From NCBI GenBank assembly GCA_964016885.1, contig OZ024760.1, positions 32,240,001 through 32,304,000 of the forward strand: a DNA stretch of 64,000 nucleotides. The letters are read 5' to 3'. The DNA comes from Eledone cirrhosa. Taxonomy: Eukaryota. The notes under the pieces are model-generated. The model was not told where the DNA came from, ran no database searches, and saw only the letters and a program-made list of their open reading frames with translations. Of this stretch, positions 53,600-64,000 are shown in pieces (positions within the stretch are counted from its first letter, which is position 1; every line of letters starts with the position of its first letter). Made by a program: the position numbers and the translations under genes.

Positions 53600-54008
53600 T
53601 TAGTTTTGCGAGGTTTTTTATATGAAATCTGTTGTCTAAACAAATATTGTTATACTTGGGGAGGGACATATTTGTGTAATATTGCCAGAATTAATAACAG
53701 AACACACTCACTGTTTGGTTGGTTTTCGCTTCTCACTTCTGTGTCTTTTATATCGGTAATCTAACTTACTCGGTCCTCAATGTTGCCATTGACTGACTGA
53801 CGGTCAAAAATATATATATGTGTTTGTGTCTATATTGTATCTGTATTATTTTTGACCGTCGGTCAGTCAATGGCAACATTGAGGACCAAGTAAGTTAGAT
53901 TACTGATATAAAAGACACAGAAGCGAAAACGAACCAAACAGTGAGTGTGTTCTGTTATTAATTCTGGCAATATTACACAAATATGACCCTCCCCAAGTAT
54001 AACAATAT
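53600..54008. mobile_element. Palindromic pair of Penelope pseudo-LTR fragments (same family as 59324-64000)
   Basis: 53600-53812 matches 59324-59540; 53820-54008 is the same sequence inverted and includes the ORF start MTLPKYNN. Confidence 0.9.
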
Positions 54009-54129
54009 ATATATATATATATATATATGTATATTTATATATATATGTATATTTATATATATTTATATATTTATGTATATGTATATTTATATATATATAT
54101 ATATATATATGTATATTTATTTATATATA

Positions 54130-57100
54130 TCTCTATCTAAGGCGGGTAAAATTCCCGAGATCCATGGACGAGTTCTCTCCAGCGGTCTCTGTCGCTCATT
54201 ATCGCTGCCATGTCCTGCATCTCCAACAGACCAGTGTCTGTCCTTAGGGCATCAACATACGTTAGCCTTGGTCTTCCTCTTCTAGTGTGTCCATGTAGGG
54301 GCTCCCAAAGGAGTACTGAGTGCAATGTCAACTCTGGATGTCGGTGAGCATGTCCAACTAACCTCAGTCTCCTCTGTGTCACCTTTGAGCTGACTTTTGG
54401 GATGCTCCCATACAGCTCTGAGTTTTTCATCCTCAGTATATACTGATTAATGTTCAGAGCCATCCTCAGCATTCTCGTGTAGCAGCCATCCACCATCTGA
54501 GTGAGTTTCTTGGTCAGTGTCCAAGTCTCAGACCCATACAGCAGCACAGACTCCACTACAGCAATGAAGAGGCGGATTTTCAGGTCTCTACAAAGGTCCG
54601 ACTTCCACACCGATCTCAAGCTGTGGCACGCCGCCCAGGCCTTGCTCTTCCTCTCAACCACATCATCCTCCGCATTCCCAATCTTTGCTCCCAAATACAG
54701 GAAGTCCTCAACCAATTCCAGCGGCTTCCCGCCTACATTAGTGATCCCCTCTGGCTTCTCAACATTCTCTACCAGATATTTTGTTTTAGTATCATTCATT
54801 CTCAGCCCCACACTCATCGACACAGTCTCAACCTCCCGCATCAAATCCTCTGCCTCCTTCACTGTATTTGTCACGAAAACTATGTCGTCGGCAAATTCAG
54901 CATCCGATACCTTTTTCGCCCTAACTCTCCTGCTCTGAGCCGGTGCTACAGTAAAGCCAGAGTCCTGGTGTTTCTCCAGTGCAAGGCGCATACAATAGTC
55001 CACCATGATGACAAAAAGGTAGGGAGCCAATGTATCTCCCTGGAGCACTCCAGCCAGTATCTCAAAGAACTCTGTCATCCCATCAGGTGTAATGACTTGG
55101 GCTTTGGTGTTGGTGTAGAGCAGTGATATCAGGACCACTATCTTCTTGGGGATTCCATAAGCCTGTAAGATCTTCATCAGGCAGTAACGGTCCACAGAAT
55201 CAAAGGCCTTCCTAAAGTCAATGAAAACCATGACCGCAGGAAGGCACTTTGCTCTAGCTCCCTCTAATATCCTCCTCGGCATCAGGATGTGACTGGTGGT
55301 TGATCTACCCTCTCTGAAGCCGTTCTGGTTGTCCCTGAGCTTCTTCTCCATCTTAGGCTGGATCCTGTTAAGAATCATCCTGTTGAGGGTCTTTGCCACA
55401 AGTGACGTCAGTGAGATCCCCCGGTAGTTGTTGGTGTTAGAGAGATCTCCCTTCTTTGGCACTGGGACGATATTACTGATCCTCCACTGATTCGGGGCAA
55501 CTCCTTTCTCCAGTGCCCCGTTACAGAACCCCAGGATGATATCATCAAAATCACACCTCTTCATCACCTCTGATGCCACTCCATCTTCTCCATGAGCCTT
55601 GCCCTCCTTGATCCTCTTCTTGGCTCTCTGAAGCTCCTCTCTGGTGAAGGGCTCTCTCTCAATATCCAGTTCCTCAAACAGCCGCCTGATCTCCCCAGTG
55701 CTCTGGGCTGTGGAGGGTGGCTCTCTTAGTAGGGTCCTAAAATGGTCTAGCTATTTCCTCTTCCTATCCTCGGGCCCCGTTCCCTGGATCTGACTCGAAC
55801 ACCTTCTATTCCTCCCTGTGTTCTCGTTGATGATCATCCAGCTCTCCTTACATCCAGATCTGTCAACCGCTCTCACCACACTTCTGATCTTCTCTATCAG
55901 TGCCTCCTCTCTGACCTCAGTGTAAGCGGTACAGAGCTTTTCCCTCATCACCTCCACAGTCTCCATCCTCTCCTCCGTAGGATCAGCATAGAATTGGTTC
56001 CTGGCAGCTTTCAGGTGTTCTCTGGCTGCGCACACTTTTGGGTTTGCAGAGCTGACGTGCTTCCCTTTGTTCTTTTTCCTCGGCACCAGGGTTTCACTTG
56101 CTTCCGCCACTGCATTGGTGAAGTGCCCGTACCTCCCCATCACACTCTCCTCAGTCCATCCAATCTCTCTCTCCTCTGACTCTCCACACAGAGCACTAAA
56201 CCTGTTTCTGACTTCAACTGTGAACCTCACCTGTAGCTTATCATCTTCTTTGAAAGGTCCCCAGTCATAGATTGTTCTCCGGGGCTGAGCCTTGCTCTTT
56301 CTTAAGCTCACACGGACCTCACTCATAACAAGCCGGTGGTCACTACCCAGTGTACTGAAATAGCTGTATGGTTTCGTGTTCAGAACACTATTCCGCCACT
56401 TTTTCCTCACCAGAATGAAATCAATCTGGGACTTGGACAGGTGCATATCTGAGATGTAGGTCCACATCTTCCCCAGATTCTTCCTAAACCTTAGGTTGGT
56501 CGCCATCAAGTTCGCCTCCAGCAGGGTGTCTCTCAGTAGTCTTCCATTTCGGTTGGTGTTGTTATGGAAGTACCAGCAAGGATCTTCACTGCCCTCCTTA
56601 CTCAGATGTGCATTGAAGTCCCCCAAAACAAGCAGGATATTGTGTGCCTGAGTGGTATTGACAGCTCTACACACCTCCTCATAGAACTCTTCCACATTCA
56701 CATCACTGTCCCCCTCGGTTGGACTATAGGCTGAGATGACTGTCAGTCTTGGGTTTCCATTGAAGGTCACCCTCAACACTCGCGGGGAGATAGGCATTAT
56801 TTCCCTCACCAACAGATTGGTTTTTGTACTGAACACAAAACCCACTCCTCCTACTGCAGCATTTGTTGTTCTTCACTGCCGATGTAGTGATGAGCTGGCT
56901 CTTCTTCCCAATCATCACACTCCTCACGGGCTCATCGTGTAGAATCCTATGTTCTTGGATCGCAAGTATCTGTATATAACTCTCCTCGAACAGATGTCCC
57001 AACTCCTCTCTCTTCTCCAGCGTTCGAATAGTCCTCACATTCAAAGTGCCCATTTTGATGGCTCTTCTGCAGGACAAAACTGCATTCTTTATATTTGTCT

Positions 57101-57443
57101 CGGAGACAGCTGATCCATCATCCACTGGCCCTCTCTGTGGATCTAAGCCAGCAGAGTCATAACGACCAGGCTGCTCCTTGACAGTGTAATTAGGGGCTCT
57201 AACCCTAGTGCTGTTAGATCGACTCTCCATATTTCTTTTCAATGGCTGACAATACCTTACCGGCGCCACTCGAATAAGGTAGTTATTTAACCCATAAATG
57301 GAGCCCTAACAGGTACTACCACCCCGGGCCAGGGCAGACCTGGGAGTCATGACAACTAAGGGGTAACTCCACATTCCCCACATCTCCTGAACTCCCGAAC
57401 TGGAGCCTTGCCACTGGATGTAGTTTAATGTCATACCCAGGAC
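54130..57443 (-). mobile_element. RTE family B LINE, full length, inactivated (one frameshift ~56860, one nonsense codon at 55751)
   Basis: APE GTLNVRT, AIQEHR, SAYSPT, GDFNAH, SDHRLV; RT NYRGISL, IDFRKAFDSV, GVLQGDTLAPYLF, FADD; the stop codon runs straight into a TAGA/TA tail. Confidence 0.92.
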
Positions 57444-57491
57444 ATATATATATATATATTTATATATATGTATATTTATATATATATATTT

Positions 57492-57870
57492 ATATGCTAT
57501 GCCTTCCTCAGACAAAATACAATATAAACAGTTTTATAGATAAATAGATTCGACATACCGTAACAACATCGACTTGTATTTGAAAAGTTGAATTGGCAGT
57601 CAAATACTTTTCAAATACAAGTCGATGTTGTTACGGTATGTCGAATCTATTTATCTATAAAACTGTTTATATTGTATTTTGTCTGAGGAAGGCATAGCAT
57701 ATTGTTAATATGATATCCCTGAAATATATATAATGAAATAAATATGGTTTTATAAATATAGTTTCCATTTATTTAATATTGTAAATATACTCCAAATACT
57801 TGTCGAGTGCTTTTATATCAGTTATAAATATTTACTAGTTGTAACCCAACAATTTAAATATAACTTTCCA
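57492..57870 (+). mobile_element. Non-autonomous Penelope-type element with 97-bp inverted arm and hammerhead ribozyme
   Basis: 57492-57588 is the reverse complement of 57606-57702; flanked by (TA)n on both sides. Confidence 0.75.
57675..57740 (+). ncRNA. Type I minimal hammerhead ribozyme
   Basis: Stem I UAUUUUGU/AUGAAAUA, core CUGAGGA, stem II AGGcAUAgCAUAUU-guu-AAUAUGaUAUcCCU, GAAA, palindromic stem III AUAUAUAU, predicted cleavage after UA at 57732. Confidence 0.75.
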
Positions 57871-58197
57871 TATATTTATATGTATATTTATGTATATTTA
57901 TATATATTTATGTATATTTATATATATTTATGTATATTTTATATATATTTATGTATATTTTATATATATTTATGTATATTTTATATATATTTATGTATAT
58001 TTTATATATATTTATGTATATTTTATATATATTTATGTATATATATATATATATTTTATATATATTTATGTATATATATATATATATTTATATTAGAAAT
58101 TAGAAATTATAAGCTTTCACCGTATTTTAGACTAAAGAAATTTTCTAGCCTGATAGTGGGGTTTATAACCCTCGGAGAAATGGAAAAAGATGAGTGT

Positions 58198-58268
58198 TGC
58201 CGTACATGGGAGTCGAACCCACATCTTTGGTTATCCAGACCACTGTGCTACCATTACACCAATACACA
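58198..58268 (-). ncRNA. tRNA-like Pol III unit (anticodon position GGA), repeat-borne
   Basis: Inverted copy of 58646-58716. Confidence 0.6.
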
Positions 58269-58645
58269 TCCCATCTCCTTCCATTCGAATTAGAAGCTAT
58301 GAACTTAGCAAGTGAATGAGAAACAAGCAAATTATAAACGTAAACATGTATATTTTTGAAACGGTGCGCGAGGTTGAAATTAGAAATTATAAGCTTTCAC
58401 TGTATTTTAGACTAAAGAAATTTTCTAGCCTGATAGTGGGGTTTATAACCCTCGGAGAAATGGAAAAATAAACCCCACTATCAGGCTAGGAAATTTCTTT
58501 AGTCTAAAATACAGTGAAAGCTTATAATTTCTAATTTCAACCTCGCGCACCGTTTCAAAAATATACATGTTTACGTTTATAACTTGCTTGTTTATCATTC
58601 ACTTGCTAAGTTCATAGCTTCTAATTCGAATGGAAGGAGATGGGA

Positions 58646-58716
58646 TGTGTATTGGTGTAATGGTAGCACAGTGGTCTGCATAACCAAAGATGTGGGTTCG
58701 ACTCCCATGTACGGCA
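58646..58716 (+). ncRNA. tRNA-like Pol III unit (anticodon position GCA), repeat-borne; probably not a functional tRNA
   Basis: A box TGGTGTAATGG, D arm GTGT/GCAC, anticodon arm TGGT/ACCA, T arm GTGGG-TTCGACT-CCCAT, imperfect acceptor stem, TTTTT terminator at 58726-58730. Confidence 0.6.
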
Positions 58717-58878
58717 ACACTCATCTTTTTCCCTTTTCTCCACTATCAGGCTAGAAATTTCTTTAGTCTAAAATACGGTGAAAGCTTATAATTTCTAATT
58801 TCTAATTTCAACCTCGCGCACTGTTTCAAAAAACATACTTACATGTTTACGTTTATAATTTGCTTGTTTATATATATT

Positions 58879-58909
<31 letters not shown>

Positions 58910-58986
58910 ATATATTTATTTATATTTATATATATATATATATTTATATATATATTTATATATATATATATATTTATATATATATT

Positions 58987-59054
<68 letters not shown>

Positions 59055-59579
59055 TATGTATATATATATATTTATGTATATATATATATTTATGTATATA
59101 TATATATTTATGTATATATATATATATTTATGTATATATATATATTTATGTATATATATATATATTTATGTATATATATATATATTTATGTATATATATA
59201 TATATTTATGTATATATATATATATTTATGTATATATATATATATTTATGTATATATATATATTTATGTATATATATATATATTTATGTATATATATATA
59301 TTTATGTATATATATATATATATTTAGTTTTGCGAGGTTTTTTATATGAAATCGTGTGTCGAAACAGATATTGTTATATTTGGGGAGGGTCATATTTGCG
59401 TAATATTGCCAGAATTAATAACAGAACACACTCACTGTTTGGTTGGTTTTCGCTTCTCGCTGTCTTTTATATATATATATCTGCGATCTAACTTACTCGG
59501 TCCTCAATGTTGCCATTGACTGACCGGCGGTCAAAAATAATACAGATACAATATAGACAAACACATATATATATAGTTT

Positions 59580-59623
59580 ACATAAATCTTTCGTTGCACA
59601 TCTGCAACATCGTCAGTGGTGTT
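59580..59623 (-). ncRNA. Hammerhead-ribozyme-like motif in the 3' pseudo-LTR
   Basis: CUGACGA-U-GUUGCA-gaug-UGCAAC-GAAA-GAUUUA; stem I is weak. Confidence 0.6.
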
Positions 59624-59659
59624 ATATTCATTGTTCCTCCTGTTGTGTTGTATGTCTAC

Positions 59660-59695
<36 letters not shown>

Positions 59696-59911
59696 TTCAG
59701 TCTGTCTATATATTTATTTATTTATTTGCTTGTTTGTTTATCTTATTTTATTTTGTCTTCTTTGCGCATGCGTTTGCGTGTGTGTATAGTGTTATGTGTG
59801 ATGTGTGACTAGTGTGTATAGTGTTGTGTCTGCTGGGTGACTAGTGTGTGTTTATGTGCTTGTGTATGTATTTATTTATCTTATTTTATTTAATTTAATT
59901 TACTTATTTAT

Positions 59912-62900
59912 TTATACTTCTCTTAGGTCAGTGTTGTTTGTTTGGGTGTTGTTGTTGTTCCACTCATTCTTTCTGTTTAGCTTTGGTCTTCTAATTTCTA
60001 TTTCACTGGCCTCTCTGATTTGCCTATCTGCTGGGTCATTCCTATGTTTAGATATTATTCTAATTTCTATGTTGTCTATGTTACCGTCATGATGTTGTCT
60101 AGCATGTTCGTATAGTACTGACCCGTTTTTTCGTCCTTTTAGTTCCCCCCAGTGTTGGTCTATCCTTTCACCTATGCTACGAGCTGTCTCACCTATGTAT
60201 GTTGTTGTCGTGTTTCTGCAAGTACCCTCTGTACATCTTATGCTATAGACTACGTTTCTAGTTTTACAGTTTATCCGGGGGTTCACCTTACATATGATAC
60301 ATTTCCTATTGGTACAGTGGGTTTTCTTAAAAGGGTAGGTTTTGCTGATCAGGGATTTTATGGTGGTTCCTGGCTTTTCTACTACCTTTATTTTTAAGTG
60401 GGTCTTTCTCAGGGCCTTTCTACACTGGTTAGCTAATTTCCCTCCAGGGGTGGCGTCCACAAACATGACACTCTGATATCTCTGGTTGTCGTACCATGAT
60501 GTGGCCTTCCCTATCTTATGTCTAGCCCTATCTAAGCTATTCCATGATTTGCTCCTGTATAGTGGGCAAATTCCTTTCATGTCCAGTTCTATGAGGGTCT
60601 TATACTTTTCCATGGCTCCTTCGTATACTCTGACTCTGTCTCTTTGGTTGTAGCCAGAGAACTGCATGCGGTTGATGAAGTGTTGGATGTGTCCTTCCAT
60701 TTCTGTTGGGTCGCACATGCTGGACACATTCTTCATCACTCGTACCAAATCTGCGATCAGAATATTAAACTTAGCACTACTGGACATTGCTGAGTTTTTG
60801 AGTATCAGGTATTTGGAGGCCATGGGTTTAGCATAGTGTGAGTGGAGAATTTGGGCTCTCTCGTCTATAGTGTTAATCCAGAGTTCTGTGTCTAATACAG
60901 GTAGTCTATTGTTAGGGTGTTTGGAAGGGAAGTCTATAGTTACAGTTATACTCTGGTGTATGGAATTAGCTATCTGCTGGATGCTTTCCATCGTGCTACG
61001 TTCTAAATCAAACTTGTTAGTGCTCTCTAGTGGGGGTGTTCTTATAACTATATTGATATCGTCTACATAACGAGAGTACATGATGAGGTCTATGGAGCTT
61101 TCATTAAGGAGATCTTTAAGTCTCCTTTCCCACCATACCATGAAAAGGTTGGCAACATCGCCAGCTATGCTGACGCCGATGGCTGCTCCCTCATTTTGGG
61201 TGTAGATTTTCTCATTGAACTTAAATATGTGGCCCTTTAGGGTAGTTTTGATACTAGCCCCTATTGCATGTGCGACCATTTTTCTTACCTGATCAGTGTT
61301 TTGGGGGGTCCGTATAGCTTTGGTCCACCCAATCCACCTTCCTATGGGAGTCTTTTTAGCCATTGAGGTTATGGTGGGGGGTCTACCTCTTATAGGTCTA
61401 CTAGGGCAGAAACATCTAAAGGTCATGGCTGTCTAGGTAGTCAGTGTCGTAGGTAAGTCTAAGTAGGAGGCCCAGTTCGTCTGTGTCGACGTCGCAGAAC
61501 TCCACCTCACTCTCAATGATCATCTCCACACATCTTTTCACAGCAAAATCAATGTTAATGGATGGGTACAGTGACACCACATCCATGCTGCCTATTATGC
61601 AGTTGGATAGGCTCCTGTTTTTGTTGCACTCACTGATTCTGCTGAGGAGGTCCTCTGTACTTTCACATACATCTGGGGACATCTTGATTATGGGGCGTAT
61701 AACCACTGAGAGGAAGTAGGAGATCCTGTAGTTGCTAGCTATATATATATATATTAGCTCCGCATACAGGTCTTGTTGGTGGTCCTATTGTCGGGTCGTC
61801 GACTGTCTTGTGGTCTTTGCGGAGCCCATACAAGGGTGGTATGCCATTGTTAGACGCCTGGAAGTTGTTGGCAGTGCGTCTGCTTGGCTTTAGGATGTCA
61901 GTCCACATCATCATGTGAGCGTTGAGGATTTTTTCTCTCCCATCGTGTGTTAGTTGTGCAACTTCGCTCGTGTTGGTGATGTGGGGTTGCATTGCCTCGA
62001 TGTAGTTCGGCATGCTATCTATTGACATCCTACCAGACTTATCTGTGGGTAGACACACTACCTCACCATCCCTTGTGCGCTGCTTGAGGCTAACCAAGCC
62101 TTCTACAGGTTTTATCCCAAGTTGTTGGGCCTCTGGTCTGCTCTGTCTCATAGTGTACCTGTCTACTACTTGTCTAATCTTATTTCTAGCTATGGTGAAC
62201 TGTGCCTCCGTCTCGTCATCTATTTGTTGTGGTATGCAAACTCTTTTATTAAAGGGTAACCTCGTAGGATAGATATTACCCATCTTATATGTTTTGTCAG
62301 CTGGGTTGAAAAATAGTTTCTCTAAGGGGTTGTCGTTATTTCTATCGTCATAGTTGTGTGTGTTGCTATTATTGTTATCATGGTGGTTGTTGTTGTTTCT
62401 ATCCTTAGCATTAATATTATTATTGTTATGATTGCTAGATGTATTGTTGTTTACTTCACCGTTATTGTTGTTGTTGTTACTGCTATTTCTACCATTGTGG
62501 TTGTTACTATTATTATGTTTCTTGTTTTTGTTGATGTTGCTACATGTACTATTTCCATTATTACCACTGTGGTTATTGTTGTTGTTGTTGTTCGTATTGT
62601 TACCGTTATTACTACTGTGGTCACTGTTGCTGTGTCTGTGGTTAACGTTTCTATTATTATTATTATTGTGGTTGTTGTTGTTCTGTCTATCGCTAGTATT
62701 ATTACCATTATCACTATTTCTCACTTTCCTGCCATTGTTATGGTTATGGCTGTTATTTCTATACCCAGAGTTATTGTTTATATTACTACTACCGTTATTA
62801 TTGTTGTTGTTGTTTACCTTTGCATTCCAACGTATTTTTGTGAAACACTTTTCCAGCTCCGTTTTGCATTCCATAGGATTAATCTTTTTGTAGATGGCAA

Positions 62901-63555
62901 ATTTTGGTGGTAACTTTAGGATTTGTTGTTCTTGTTCACTGATTAAAGTGTTCCCATAGATATTTACTGTGTGGTCATTGGTAAATTCTTCCGGTAGTTT
63001 TACATCACTCATACGGATGTTGTCGATGTTATCTGGGTATTTTTGAGAATATTCGATTTTCCTTTCTTGTAGTTTTTTCTTATTCATCCATTCTAATTTC
63101 TTCTTGAAATGCCTACAGCATTCGTTTTGAGCATATTTCGTTTCGCGTCGGATGACGCTCATGAAGTCATCTCTCTCGTTTGCTGTGATGAGATTTCGGA
63201 TTTCCTTACCGTTGATGCGTTTTTGTCTGTAGAGTGCGTTGACTTTTGTGTATGTTGTTCTTTTCATATTAACTGTTATTGTGTGTTTTAGCCGTTCAGC
63301 TTGTGTTTTGTTCAATAATAAATTATTTACTTGTTTTGATATGTTTGTTGTGTATGTTTTGGAGGAAACACAGTGTTTTAAGAAGCGGATTTGTTCTGTT
63401 GTTATTGTAGTTTTTATATAACAGAAAACAGTGTCTTTCAATAACCTTTCAGCTTGGCACAAGCTAATGCCATAGCGGCGATGAATTAGTTTTGCGAGGT
63501 TTTTTATATGAAATCGTGTGTCGAAACAGATATTGTTATATTTGGGGAGGGTCAT
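59912..63555 (-). pseudogene. Penelope-like RT + GIY-YIG endonuclease, ~1210 aa when two frameshifts are repaired
   Basis: TDKSG, GLRKDHK, RPVCGA, GSMDVVSLYPSI, QNEGAAIG, RYVDD, Cys linker CTNRKCIIC, VVYSIRC...YIGETAR...ER..QH, REASEI, LNRKNE; frameshifts at ~61740-61755 and ~61419. Confidence 0.93.
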
Positions 63556-63741
63556 ATTTGCGTAATATTGCCAGAATTAATAACAGAACACACTCACTGT
63601 TTGGTTGGTTTTCGCTTCTCGCTGTCTTTTATATATATATATCTGCGATCTAACTTACTCGGTCCTCAATGTTGCCATTGACTGACCGGCGGTCAAAAAT
63701 AATACAGATACAATATAGACAAACACATATATATATAGTTT

Positions 63742-63785
63742 ACATAAATCTTTCGTTGCACATCTGCAACATCGTCAGTGGTGTT
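63742..63785 (-). ncRNA. Hammerhead-ribozyme-like motif in the 5' pseudo-LTR
   Basis: Identical to 59580-59623. Confidence 0.6.
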
Positions 63786-64000
63786 ATATTCATTGTTCCT
63801 CCTGTTGTGTTGTATGTCTACGCCATTTTTTTTTTTTTTTTTTTTTTGTTCAGTCTGTCTATATATTTATTTATTTATTTGCTTGTTTGTTTATCTTATT
63901 TTATTTTGTCTTCTTTGCGCATGCGTTTGCGTGTGTGTATAGTGTTATGTGTGATGTGTGACTAGTGTGTATAGTGTTGTGTCTGCTGGGTGACTAGTGT

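Larger units (their letters stand above)
58093..58870. mobile_element. 280-bp unit in partial tandem plus inverted arrangement, carrying a tRNA-like sequence
   Basis: Direct repeat with 280-bp period (58101 vs 58381); inversion point at ~58467/58468; (TA)n flanks. Confidence 0.85.
59324..64000 (-). mobile_element. Penelope-like retroelement (C-terminal GIY-YIG) with direct pseudo-LTRs
   Basis: 59324-~59846 repeated at 63486-64000 (ATG-to-ATG period 4162 bp); the repeat includes the first ~70 nt of the ORF; extends beyond the window. Confidence 0.93.

Noticed and set aside
58149-58180. Hammerhead core in the tRNA-bearing repeat (CTGATAG...GAAA)
   Set aside because: G8/A9 of the core are absent and I found no stem I or III
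58646-58716. Functional tRNA-Cys/Ser gene
   Set aside because: Acceptor stem mismatched at positions 1-2, pyrimidine at position 37, the two copies disagree at the anticodon, and it is embedded in a repeat
62356-62913. Hydrophobic Val/Ile/Leu-rich plus-strand ORFs that look like membrane proteins
   Set aside because: Antisense reading of the Asn-rich (AAC/AAT) insert of the Penelope ORF

Overview
Eukaryotic, extremely repeat-rich genomic DNA. The SINE/LINE families and TA-rich composition look like an octopod cephalopod, which is an inference from repeat recognition and not proven. Two host genes lie head-to-head. On the minus strand is a complete 5-exon ICAP-1/ITGB1BP1 (PTB domain, 184 aa, 26363-31344). 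On the plus strand is the first coding exon of transcription elongation factor TFIIS (33272-33340); I found no exon 2, so the rest of the window is probably its intron. Everything else is repeats. There are six copies of an RTE LINE family with a PHD finger inside the RT (one has an intact 1057-aa ORF), a second RTE family, a CR1-type LINE, three stacked Helitrons (one with a decayed STPR-Rep-Pif1 ORF and a non-autonomous LTR element inside it), a Penelope-like element (RT + GIY-YIG, pseudo-LTRs, Asn-rich insert), SINEs, a piggyBac-type MITE and several minisatellites. The most notable signal is a set of small palindromic insertions in (TA)n tracts with Penelope-like geometry. These carry minimal hammerhead ribozymes (one complete, one split by an inversion), and one instead carries a tRNA-like Pol III unit in a 280-bp tandem/inverted repeat. 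The long YIYI/HT ORFs are microsatellite artefacts.
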